A DNA stretch of 64,000 bases, from the IMG/VR virus record IMGVR_UViG_3300032167_000006; one strand, given 5' to 3'. Position 1 is the first letter of the stretch; every line of letters begins with the position of its first letter. Positions 20,749 to 29,915 of this stretch are shown here, one piece after another. A model generated the notes under the pieces. That model ran no database searches and had not been told where the DNA came from. It was given only the letters and a program-made list of their open reading frames with translations. This stretch comes from a virus (Duplodnaviria > Caudoviricetes). A program made the translations under genes and the position numbers.

Positions 20749-22287
20749 GTGTCTATGTATAATCAAAATAAAACGGATTCTGGTGGTCCTAATATACGAC
20801 TGCAGTATCCATATAATGACAAATTTGATTACGAAACATGTTTAGAGAGATTAGATCTTGATAAACAAAGGGAGCAAAATATTAGAACAGGCAGAGGTTT
20901 TATTATTTCGGCTCCTAAAGGTATTAAAAAGGATATCAAGAATCAAGACGGTATATTTTCTAGTCGTTATGGTTCAAATTCAATATCCGATGTAGACTCA
21001 TTTAATGGACGTTATCGTTGTAGGTGCGGTATGAAGAGAGGCTCAATCAACCACGGTGAGCTTTGTGATGCTTGTAATACACGAGTACGTTTTGTGGATG
21101 ACGATGTATCTATTAAAGGATACCTTGTATTAAAAGATAAATATTGGATTATTCATCCTAATATATATCGTTCTCTTGAAGGTTTTATTGGACCTGCAAG
21201 GCTTAATAGAATTATAGAACCTGAAGTTACTGTAGATTCTAATGGTGCTGTTGTAGAAAATACAATAGTAAAGAAAAAAGATGAACCATTTAGAGGTATA
21301 GGTTTAATAGAATTTCATGATAGATTTGATGAAATTATGGATTTCTATCTTACAAGATTTCCTAATAAAAAGCATTTCTATGATGACATAATGAGACACA
21401 AGGATATTGCATTTACCCATACAATCAGTGTGTATTCATCATTGTTAAGACCTTCTCGTTTGGATAATGGTTCTCTTAGATATGAAGCATGTAATGAGCA
21501 GTTTAATATGCTTGCTACATTGGTATATCAAGTTAATAACGATAAGCTTCATATAAATAGAAAAATAAAAGAAAAATATCAGCTTTTATATGATATTCAG
21601 TATCAATTAAATACTGTATACAACGAGCTAAAAGAGATCTTAGCCAAGAAGAAAGGTGACTTAAGAAGCTCTATTGGTGGTAGATATTCATTTAGTTCAA
21701 GATCGGTAATAAGACAAGATCCTTATCTTATGGCGGATCAAATTAAATTACCTTTCCATGGATTATGTGAATTATTACAACAGGTAATAATTAATATCTT
21801 GGTTAAAACTTATAACTTTAGCTATGCTGAAGCTTATAAGAAATGGTATAAAGCTCAGGTTACTGGAAATGATCAGGTTGTCTATGATATCATAGATGGT
21901 TTAATTAAAGATAATCCTGATGGTGGATTACCATTCATTATAAATAGAAATCCTACTATTAACTATGGTGGTATATTAGCTGTAAGATGTATTGGTATTA
22001 ATATGGATTATACTATGAGTATTTCGTTATTGGTACTAAAGAGCCTTGCAGCTGACTTTGATGGTGATACACTTAACATCTTATTCTTATTGAATAAAGA
22101 GTTTATCCAAATGGCAGAGAATATTTTATCACCAAGACAAATGTTTATCAGTAGAAATGACGGAATGTGTAATGGAGATTTCATTCATTCACGTGACGTT
22201 ATAATTAATGCTAACTCTATGAAAAATCTCTATCAGTATAAACCTGATGAGATTGCTAAGATTAAAGCATTACAAGCAATGGATTAA
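20749..22287 (+). CDS. phage multisubunit RNA polymerase beta' N-terminal (catalytic) subunit
   Basis: DGIFS, CRCG...CDAC zinc finger, KKGDLR, SSRSVI, NRNPT, AADFDGD catalytic motif. Confidence 0.95.
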   Translation: MSMYNQNKTDSGGPNIRLQYPYNDKFDYETCLERLDLDKQREQNIRTGRGFIISAPKGIKKDIKNQDGIFSSRYGSNSISDVDSFNGRYRCRCGMKRGSINHGELCDACNTRVRFVDDDVSIKGYLVLKDKYWIIHPNIYRSLEGFIGPARLNRIIEPEVTVDSNGAVVENTIVKKKDEPFRGIGLIEFHDRFDEIMDFYLTRFPNKKHFYDDIMRHKDIAFTHTISVYSSLLRPSRLDNGSLRYEACNEQFNMLATLVYQVNNDKLHINRKIKEKYQLLYDIQYQLNTVYNELKEILAKKKGDLRSSIGGRYSFSSRSVIRQDPYLMADQIKLPFHGLCELLQQVIINILVKTYNFSYAEAYKKWYKAQVTGNDQVVYDIIDGLIKDNPDGGLPFIINRNPTINYGGILAVRCIGINMDYTMSISLLVLKSLAADFDGDTLNILFLLNKEFIQMAENILSPRQMFISRNDGMCNGDFIHSRDVIINANSMKNLYQYKPDEIAKIKALQAMD

Positions 22288-22290
22288 TTA

Positions 22291-22317
22291 TATAGGGTTA
22301 GTTTATCTAACCCTATA
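22291..22317 (+). terminator. hairpin after the beta' N gene
   Basis: TATAGGGTTAG-TTTAT-CTAACCCTATA. Confidence 0.72.
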
Positions 22318-22343
22318 AATTTTATATTAAGGAGAACAAAAAT

Positions 22344-23105
22344 ATGAAAAAGAATAAGAAATTAAGCAATGCTGAATTAGATCAACTTATTGAAAATGTA
22401 GTAGACAAACTTGAAAAACAAGATGTTATTTATAAAGATGAAAATGATGTTATTCATCTTGTAGATAAAGATGGTATAAAATATACCAAGATTGATACTG
22501 GCGTAAAACAGGCAAATTCTGTTGGAGAATTTATTAAAATTTTAGAACAGCTTCCGCAAGATGCTGAGTTTGAATTGAATGGCATAGCTAAAGTAAAAAC
22601 ATCTGAAATGGGTTATCCTGAGGGAGATCTAACAATCACACCTATGTATAATGAAGATCTTCCAGAAATTCCTTTTGAAGATTGTGAAGAATGCTGTGGC
22701 GAATGCAAATGTGATGAAGCTGGTGATATAGATCAGTGTGAGAAAGAGTTTGCTGAATATTCAATGAAAAAATATCTCTATGGAGTAAATGAAACTGCGC
22801 CTGAGATTATTCATGGTATGAGACATAGTCCTGTAGATCAAATTATTTATCAAACAAAAGTATGTCATCCTAATGCACTTCAGCTTGATTATGAAGCAAC
22901 AATGCTTGGCAATAATCAGTGTGCTATAATTGATGAAATGAGACATCATAACGCATATGTTGCCGAATGTATTGCTGAGATGACTCGTAGACAAGTATCA
23001 GCACTTCTTGAATATAATACTCAGGCAATGGCTAACTTTGCTGTGGCTACAAAGAAAGATATGTGTGTTATTGTAGATAAAGATACTGACGATTTTGAGG
23101 ATTAA
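22344..23105 (+). CDS. hypothetical protein with a Cys-rich acidic patch
   Basis: 253 aa; CEECCGECKC. Confidence 0.7.
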   Translation: MKKNKKLSNAELDQLIENVVDKLEKQDVIYKDENDVIHLVDKDGIKYTKIDTGVKQANSVGEFIKILEQLPQDAEFELNGIAKVKTSEMGYPEGDLTITPMYNEDLPEIPFEDCEECCGECKCDEAGDIDQCEKEFAEYSMKKYLYGVNETAPEIIHGMRHSPVDQIIYQTKVCHPNALQLDYEATMLGNNQCAIIDEMRHHNAYVAECIAEMTRRQVSALLEYNTQAMANFAVATKKDMCVIVDKDTDDFED

Positions 23106-23109
23106 TAAA

Positions 23110-23358
23110 ATGAATTGTAATTTTCAAATTGGAGATATTGTTGAAGTAGCAGATAAAGTTGATACTGATATAACTACAATCGCAACAATTAAAATTATAG
23201 AACCAGATGCAGATTTACCAAATGTATTTTGGTTATATCTTTTAGCAAATGAGGAAGTTCTTAATACTAATATGCATCCTGTTGTTGGATACTATTGGGA
23301 TATAATTGCTAGCGATAGTGAATATATTAGACTTCTTAGCAGAGCTACAATATCATAA
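23110..23358 (+). CDS. hypothetical protein (SH3/KOW-like start)
   Basis: FQIGDIVEV; GAGGA RBS. Confidence 0.6.
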   Translation: MNCNFQIGDIVEVADKVDTDITTIATIKIIEPDADLPNVFWLYLLANEEVLNTNMHPVVGYYWDIIASDSEYIRLLSRATIS

Positions 23359-23377
23359 ATATTTAAATCTATTTATT

Positions 23378-23400
23378 AGAGGGAGGATTAACCTCCCTCT
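23378..23400 (+). terminator. intrinsic terminator
   Basis: AGAGGGAGG-ATTAA-CCTCCCTCT + T run. Confidence 0.82.
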
Positions 23401-23429
23401 TTTATTTTTTATTAAATTATATAATAAAT

Positions 23430-23440
23430 GTATATTATAT
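23430..23440 (+). promoter_or_regulatory. putative early-type promoter
   Basis: GTATATTATAT upstream of the RNase H operon. Confidence 0.45.
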
Positions 23441-23469
23441 AAATATAATAAAAGGAGGTGAAAATATTT

Positions 23470-24135
23470 ATGAGTAACGTATTAGAAATTTGTACAGATG
23501 CAAGTATACGCACATTTCCTAATGGTAGAACATTTGGATGTGCTGGAGCTTTATGCATCACTACAATGGAACAAGATTATTTAGTATCGCAAGATACAAC
23601 CAATAATAGATCTGAGCTCTTAGGAGTATATTTAGGTCTTAAATTGGGAAAACGTATTATGGATGAAAATCCTAATTACAAAAGTATGATTATTTATTCA
23701 GACAGTCAGTTTGCAATATTTGGATTGACAAAATGGATGGCTGGATGGATGAAATCAAAAGATACTAACGGAATAATTTATGGTTCTAATGGTAAACCTG
23801 TAAAGAACCAAGAGTTATTTATGTGTATCTTATCATTTATTACATCTAATCAAATTAAAGTTACATTTAGACATTGTTCTGGCCACGTTAGATACACCAG
23901 TACTAAGATGCTCAGACAAGCAAACGATGTTTATTATAGGTCTAATGGAGAATATCTACGTCCAGAAGATATTTTTAAATTAGCATATTATAATGACATT
24001 GTAGATACTACAACTAGAGAATATTTACAAACTATCAATCCTGATATATATCCAAAAATGGATTATTCAAATAATTATCAGATGATGGCAAAATATGTAG
24101 TTCCAAATAATTATACGAACTTTATAGGAGATTAA
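23470..24135 (+). CDS. ribonuclease HI
   Basis: TDAS, TNNRSEL, YSDSQF, VKNQEL, HCSGH, NDIVD. Confidence 0.9.
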   Translation: MSNVLEICTDASIRTFPNGRTFGCAGALCITTMEQDYLVSQDTTNNRSELLGVYLGLKLGKRIMDENPNYKSMIIYSDSQFAIFGLTKWMAGWMKSKDTNGIIYGSNGKPVKNQELFMCILSFITSNQIKVTFRHCSGHVRYTSTKMLRQANDVYYRSNGEYLRPEDIFKLAYYNDIVDTTTREYLQTINPDIYPKMDYSNNYQMMAKYVVPNNYTNFIGD

Positions 24136-25164
24136 ATGATGTATGAGAATATGCAAGGGATGATTCAAAATGGTGGATTTGGAACTTCTGGTCCAATGAA
24201 CTTTCAAGGATTTAACCCCTATCAAAACAATATGATACCATTTGGAAACTATAATCAACCATCGGTACAACAGCCGTATCAGTATTATAATAATCCATAT
24301 GGAAATCAACAACCACAAAATAATGGACTGGTATTTCAACCAGTCGGAGGTTATCAACAACCAAAAAATAATTACAATTATTATAATCCTTATGGAAATA
24401 CATTTACTCCAACACCATACGGTTATAATTCATATGGTAATGCTTATAGCTATAATTATTATAATGGATATAGACCATATGCATCACCTGTTGCAATGCA
24501 ACAATATCAAAATCAACAAATAGAATTGTTTAAAATGAAATATCGTTTAGCAAATCATTATGTTGGAAATGAGATTAATGAAGATTATCTTGATAAATTA
24601 TGTAACCCTAATAATCAAATATATCAGAAATCTCAAGAACAAATAGCTGCAGAAGAAGAGCATAGATTTATGCAATATGTTTCTAATGTAGCATGTGGAA
24701 TAATACAAGTTCCAAAATCTAATATACAACGTGAAGCAGATATGTTGAATCTAATGTCTTATAATTTACATCAAGCATTAGATAATCATTCATTATGTGA
24801 ATTTTTAGAAGATGATCTTTGGAAGTTACAAAGAGAATTTTGGATTAGGGATAATCTTAAATTAAATGGTAATAGAGATCTTTCAACCACATATAATAGT
24901 AGTGATTATAATGAACTATTAAGGCTACACAATAGCTCTACAAGTCCATATGTAAGCGATTTACTTAATAATTCAAGATATGATAATAATCTTGACGATA
25001 TAGAAATCGGTATGAAAATGGCATTTGATAGAGAACGAAGAAGGAAAGCAATATTAGAAGGTAAAGTTCCTGATTTCATTTCGTCGGACGAAACACAAAA
25101 ACGTCGACATGAATGGACGCAGCAACTAATGAATCAAATTTATAGAAAAGGAGGAGGCGTATAA
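24136..25164 (+). CDS. protein with N-terminal Q/N/Y/G/P low-complexity (prion-like) domain
   Basis: first ~128 aa almost uncharged, with repeated (Y)NPYGN-like units; predicted helical C-terminal part. Confidence 0.8.
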   Translation: MMYENMQGMIQNGGFGTSGPMNFQGFNPYQNNMIPFGNYNQPSVQQPYQYYNNPYGNQQPQNNGLVFQPVGGYQQPKNNYNYYNPYGNTFTPTPYGYNSYGNAYSYNYYNGYRPYASPVAMQQYQNQQIELFKMKYRLANHYVGNEINEDYLDKLCNPNNQIYQKSQEQIAAEEEHRFMQYVSNVACGIIQVPKSNIQREADMLNLMSYNLHQALDNHSLCEFLEDDLWKLQREFWIRDNLKLNGNRDLSTTYNSSDYNELLRLHNSSTSPYVSDLLNNSRYDNNLDDIEIGMKMAFDRERRRKAILEGKVPDFISSDETQKRRHEWTQQLMNQIYRKGGGV

Positions 25165-26924
25165 TGTCTAGGGTATCTTTAATTGAACAACTCTATGCTC
25201 CTAAGAAGAAAAGTGCCCTGGAATTTGATTATGATAAATTATGGGCACCACCCATAAGATTCTTTTTATCGCAGCAGGATATTAATGAATTATATAAAAT
25301 TGCTACTTCATTAAAATATAATGATAATATTGAAAAGAAGTACGAACTCATAGATGCAGTCATGAGGCCTCGTGGATTTAAACGTGGTAATTGCGGCACT
25401 AATAGAGTAGTTTATAATTTCTTAGAAGACACATCATTTTGTATGAAGATTGCACTTGATCGTGTAGGTATTAAAGATTCTCCAAGAGAATTTAAAAATC
25501 AAGAATTCTTTAAACCGTTTTGTTGCAAGATATTTGAAGTGGATCCAACTGGAGTTATAGCATGTGTAGAGCGTGTTAATCCAATATCCTCATTAGAGGA
25601 ATTTATATCTGTTGCAGATGATATATTTAATATGATGGTAACTAAAATCATTGGAAAATATGTTGTAGATGATTTAGGTACTGAAAAGTTTATGAATTAC
25701 GGAACTCGTTATAATGCTAATGGTACAGCATTTGGTCCCGTAGTTTTAGATTATCCGTATGCTTATGAATTAGACGGAGCTAAACTCCATTGTGCAAAGC
25801 CTGTTCTGATTGGAGATAAAGAATTTGCTTGTAATGGAGAAATTGATTATGATGCTGGCTTAAACAATCTAGTATGCAGTAAATGTGGACGAACTTATAG
25901 CGCTAGAGAGCTAGCAAGAGATGATTCAAATGTACTAAAATTCTATTCAGATGAAGATCGTGGTAGACTTAGGGCAAGAATCGTGAGAGAAGATGGAACG
26001 ATTATAAAAGATAGTGGTCGTTCATCAAAAACATACATTACTAAAGAAGAATATGAGGAGGGCATTAGAATGTTCGAATTAAAAGACTTAGGTCCACGTC
26101 CGGTAGAAAAAACAATTAAAAATAAATATGTCCCGATGAAGAAACTTAGGGAACAATATCATTCAGAACTTCAACTTAAAGCTTATGAGGAAATGCAAAA
26201 AAGAAATGCAGAACCTTTTAATCCTGCAATGAAATCTGAATTTAGTCCTAGACCAGCAAAAAGAGCTGGTAAAAATGAATCTAAAGATAATACAATCATT
26301 GCAGATCCTATAGTAGCAACTGAAGAAAGAATTCAAAATGTTACAATAGCAGCAAGAGCAGAAGATGCTATCAATGAACAGGAATCTGAAATTGTAAAAG
26401 AAACAACTTTTGAAGAGGCTTTAGCTGAAGCTTTAGAAGCAGAACCTGATACGGTCGATGAAGATATGCCTTTAGAAGAAGCTATAAATAAAGCTTTAGA
26501 GGAAGCTGAAGACGATGATTCTGAAGATGAAGAGGGTACTGAGTATTATGAAGAGAATGATACTGTTGAAAATTCTGATGAGGAATCAGAAGAAGAGGAA
26601 GATGAAGAAACTGTTTCAGAAGATGAAGAATTTGAATCAAATAATTCAGATGAACAGAAAGGATTTGATGAAGAAATGGAAGCAGAAGTATTTCCTGAAA
26701 TGAATAATGATAATATTATAGTTGGAGTAGACTTATCTAATGATGAGGAAGATTATTCTAATTATATTCCGCCTGAAGAAGAAGATGAAGAAGACTTTGA
26801 GGATGATGAAGACGATGAGTATTCTGAACTGTATGCATTTGATCGTAAAGCACAAAAACGCGACAATAAAAAACAGCAGAATAAATCCAAAAAGTTTAAT
26901 AGTGGAGATATGAGCGATTATTAA
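25164..26924 (+). CDS. protein-kinase-like fold protein with Zn ribbon and long acidic tail
   Basis: GNCGTNRVVY Gly loop, CMKIA Lys, PREF Glu, DDLG..FMNYG catalytic loop, VLDY; C...C...CSKC; D/E-rich C-terminus. Confidence 0.72.
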   Translation: MSRVSLIEQLYAPKKKSALEFDYDKLWAPPIRFFLSQQDINELYKIATSLKYNDNIEKKYELIDAVMRPRGFKRGNCGTNRVVYNFLEDTSFCMKIALDRVGIKDSPREFKNQEFFKPFCCKIFEVDPTGVIACVERVNPISSLEEFISVADDIFNMMVTKIIGKYVVDDLGTEKFMNYGTRYNANGTAFGPVVLDYPYAYELDGAKLHCAKPVLIGDKEFACNGEIDYDAGLNNLVCSKCGRTYSARELARDDSNVLKFYSDEDRGRLRARIVREDGTIIKDSGRSSKTYITKEEYEEGIRMFELKDLGPRPVEKTIKNKYVPMKKLREQYHSELQLKAYEEMQKRNAEPFNPAMKSEFSPRPAKRAGKNESKDNTIIADPIVATEERIQNVTIAARAEDAINEQESEIVKETTFEEALAEALEAEPDTVDEDMPLEEAINKALEEAEDDDSEDEEGTEYYEENDTVENSDEESEEEEDEETVSEDEEFESNNSDEQKGFDEEMEAEVFPEMNNDNIIVGVDLSNDEEDYSNYIPPEEEDEEDFEDDEDDEYSELYAFDRKAQKRDNKKQQNKSKKFNSGDMSDY

Positions 26925-26947
26925 TTATTTATTGGAGGTGAATAGAT

Positions 26948-27595
26948 ATGTTTAATAATCATGCAATGTCTGTAGTTACAGACTTACGAATGTTAGGGCC
27001 TGAAATAAATAATAAAGATTTTATAGCTATTGCAGCGATTACAACAAATGATTATCCTAAATTGCCTAATATATATAATGCAAGCATATTAATTCCACCT
27101 ACTGAAATTCTTATGCGTTGGGCAGATGGAGATCCGTATGTACTTCAAGCAAACTATCCTAATTATCTTAGAACTCAGACTCCTGATGATATGATAGTAG
27201 CATTAATTGCTCTTCTTACTCAAAAGAATGTGATATTATACATACCTGGAGATGAGTTTAATATATTTGGTCAAATGTTATTAGATCATATATATTTCAA
27301 TTATGGTATTATATGTAATACCCCAACAACGCAATTTGCAATGGATCAAGCAAAGATACCATTTTTACTTTCTAGATTCTATATGATTGATGCTATGAAT
27401 CCAGAAGATTATCTTTCAGCATATCCAGCAAATGCATTATTACCAGAGTTTGTTATAAATAAGCTTGCTGAAGAAATGAAACCGTTCCAACAACCTGTAT
27501 CATTCCAACAGTATGCAGAATATTTTAACAAACTAAATGCTGCCAAAGGAACAACCATTGCCCATCCAGAGATGGTTAAGGTGGTGGAAAAATGA
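26948..27595 (+). CDS. hypothetical protein, possible DUF488-like fold
   Basis: LIPPTEILMRW..D...Y..YL...KNVILY pattern. Confidence 0.45.
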   Translation: MFNNHAMSVVTDLRMLGPEINNKDFIAIAAITTNDYPKLPNIYNASILIPPTEILMRWADGDPYVLQANYPNYLRTQTPDDMIVALIALLTQKNVILYIPGDEFNIFGQMLLDHIYFNYGIICNTPTTQFAMDQAKIPFLLSRFYMIDAMNPEDYLSAYPANALLPEFVINKLAEEMKPFQQPVSFQQYAEYFNKLNAAKGTTIAHPEMVKVVEK

Positions 27596-28119
27596 TAGCA
27601 TTTATGGATGATCCTAAGTATGCAGAATTAATCCGCTATAAATTTCCAGGAAGAGAGCCAGTTATATTAAATCTCTCTTCTTATTATAGCGGTCATATAA
27701 ATATTGCTCATTTGATTACAAAGATCTCACCAATTAATAATACAGGTATGATGATGCCCGATTTTGTTAATTCTGTGGATTTTGATATTCAATATGCTTC
27801 GGCTGTATTAAATAATCCAGAGTTATTTGGATCTTTAATTAATATCATGCTTAGAGCTTATGAAGGATATTTAGTATGTATTCTGGTGCAAAGGGATCCA
27901 TATAGAGATGCCGTTATGGAATCTTTAATTAAATTAATCCAGCAAAGATACGGATATAATTGTTGGATTATTGAAGATGCTGATGATATTGAAGTGATAT
28001 CCGAACAAATGATGTTCCCTAACGGGCTTATTACGTTAGATGAGGATATTAAACAATACAATCAGATGTATTCTAAAGGTTTGGTAGGCAGTATACTGCC
28101 AAATATAAATCTTGAATAA
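27592..28119 (+). CDS. hypothetical protein, possible DUF488-like paralogue of the upstream gene
   Basis: ISP...DFDIQY..VL...GYLVCIL...LI...YG; ATGA overlap with the upstream gene. Confidence 0.45.
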   Translation: MIAFMDDPKYAELIRYKFPGREPVILNLSSYYSGHINIAHLITKISPINNTGMMMPDFVNSVDFDIQYASAVLNNPELFGSLINIMLRAYEGYLVCILVQRDPYRDAVMESLIKLIQQRYGYNCWIIEDADDIEVISEQMMFPNGLITLDEDIKQYNQMYSKGLVGSILPNINLE

Positions 28120-28124
28120 TTTTA

Positions 28125-28150
28125 TAGGAGAGCCATAATAGGCTCTCCTA
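28125..28150 (+). terminator. hairpin closing the RNase H operon
   Basis: TAGGAGAGCC-ATAATA-GGCTCTCCTA. Confidence 0.72.
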
Positions 28151-28173
28151 AATTATATTTTTTGGAGGTTAAT

Positions 28174-28818
28174 ATGAAAAGAATATTATCTAATATAGAT
28201 GATAATAGGGATTGTAATAAATCTATGAATGAAATTATATATAGTGAAAATAATTATGCAGATTCAAAAGATATTAAAGTAAAAGAAGAATCTATAGAGA
28301 TTAATTGTCCCATTAAGGTCGATGAGCAAATACTTAATATAGATTTATCAGTTCTTAATAATGAAGAAAAGATTCAATTTTATAATTTATTAAAGAAAAT
28401 TCAACAACCTAAAGCATGGAAACCTAAAGCAGGTGAAAATTATTTTTATATTAATCAGCATGCTGAAGTTATGAATGGTAATTGGAGCAATGAATCTGTA
28501 GATATAGGTAGATATTCTATAGGTAATTGTTTTAAAACAGGAGAAGAAATTAAATTTACTATAGAAAAACTTAAAGTTGAGGCTGAAATAAGAAGATACA
28601 TTGAAGCTAATGATACTGAAAAAATAGATTGGAATAATAGCAAACAGCATAAATGCTATTTAATTTATTTGCATATACACAATATGATTAGTGTAAAATA
28701 TGCTAATACTACTATGATTCAAGGACCAATATATTTTTCTAAAAATATTAATGTTGATGATATGATTAAAACTATTGGTGCTGATAGAATTAAAAAATAT
28801 CTTTTTGGAGTTGAATAA
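28174..28818 (+). CDS. hypothetical protein of a type seen in Firmicutes phages
   Basis: WKPKAGENYFYI...GNCFKT..E...KKYLFGVE. Confidence 0.7.
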   Translation: MKRILSNIDDNRDCNKSMNEIIYSENNYADSKDIKVKEESIEINCPIKVDEQILNIDLSVLNNEEKIQFYNLLKKIQQPKAWKPKAGENYFYINQHAEVMNGNWSNESVDIGRYSIGNCFKTGEEIKFTIEKLKVEAEIRRYIEANDTEKIDWNNSKQHKCYLIYLHIHNMISVKYANTTMIQGPIYFSKNINVDDMIKTIGADRIKKYLFGVE

Positions 28819-28820
28819 TT

Positions 28821-29099
28821 ATGGATAAATATACAAGTGCGATAAAAGAAAGAATAAAATTTATTCTTGAAGAAGATCCTGAAGTTAAACAAGTTTATGA
28901 TAATAATGAAGGATGTTTTAAGAATATTATTATTCCAAGTATAATGGATTCTGATAATGAAATCCATACAATGATTAGCATTCTTGCAGCTCAGGCAGTT
29001 ATGTATGATAGGCTTTTAAATAATATTGCTCAATATGGCGATAAAGAACTTATCAAGAAATGTAATGAGGATATACATAACGTATTTGCTCAAGAATAA
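28821..29099 (+). CDS. hypothetical protein
   Basis: 92-aa ORF, GGAG RBS. Confidence 0.65.
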   Translation: MDKYTSAIKERIKFILEEDPEVKQVYDNNEGCFKNIIIPSIMDSDNEIHTMISILAAQAVMYDRLLNNIAQYGDKELIKKCNEDIHNVFAQE

Positions 29100-29109
29100 T
29101 TACACCTTT

Positions 29110-29122
29110 GACATTCTATTAA
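29110..29122 (+). promoter_or_regulatory. late-type promoter
   Basis: GACA TTCTAT TAA. Confidence 0.7.
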
Positions 29123-29144
29123 TTATAGTACGGAGGTGTTAATT

Positions 29145-29858
29145 ATGCTTACTCAAGCTAATATTGATGCTTTAATGAAAGAAATTCAAACTAATGGATA
29201 TGCAGAAATATATTATGTAGCTCATATGATTGAAGGTCGTGAGACTAATACTTTGGATGAGCATACATATAAAAGTGTATCTGATTTTAAAGTAGTTAAA
29301 GTTAAAGTAGATAATATTAAAAATGCTTATATTGAATATTATAATTATAAGAAAAATCCTGATAATTATCATGAAGAATCTGAAGAATGCTATTATGATA
29401 AAAATACTAAATATATTCACTATTTTACAGTACCTAACGGCGAAACATCATATACTAAAGATTTTAATGCAAGAATACCTGCTATAATTTATGGTTATAG
29501 AAGAAAAATAGGAGACAGCGATGAAGCTATTATAGATCCTTCACCTGTAAAAGAAGTATACGTTAAAAAACCAGTATATGGTAATACGGTATATGATGAA
29601 AATGTAGATTTAATCAAAAATAATCTTGACTGGAAATATATTGATCTCGAAGGAACAGCAACTATAGATGATGATGAATATGGATTTGTGACATCTGATT
29701 GGTATATATTAAATCTGGTTAACTATCCTATGATTGAAAAACCATTAATTAATGTAAATCAATTTAGTTGTTATTTTATGTCAGAAAATGTGCCTAAAGG
29801 CCAGATAGATCCAGGTCTTATAAACGCATTTGATTATATTGAACAATTAAAAGCTTAA
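29145..29858 (+). CDS. hypothetical protein (late-type promoter)
   Basis: GGAGG RBS, promoter at 29110, hairpin downstream. Confidence 0.7.
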   Translation: MLTQANIDALMKEIQTNGYAEIYYVAHMIEGRETNTLDEHTYKSVSDFKVVKVKVDNIKNAYIEYYNYKKNPDNYHEESEECYYDKNTKYIHYFTVPNGETSYTKDFNARIPAIIYGYRRKIGDSDEAIIDPSPVKEVYVKKPVYGNTVYDENVDLIKNNLDWKYIDLEGTATIDDDEYGFVTSDWYILNLVNYPMIEKPLINVNQFSCYFMSENVPKGQIDPGLINAFDYIEQLKA

Positions 29859-29860
29859 TA

Positions 29861-29891
29861 TTAATGGATAGGGTAAATCCCTATCCATTAA
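29861..29891 (+). terminator. hairpin terminator
   Basis: TTAATGGATAGGG-TAAAT-CCCTATCCATTAA. Confidence 0.72.
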
Positions 29892-29915
29892 ATTATCTAG
29901 AAAGGATGATTGATT

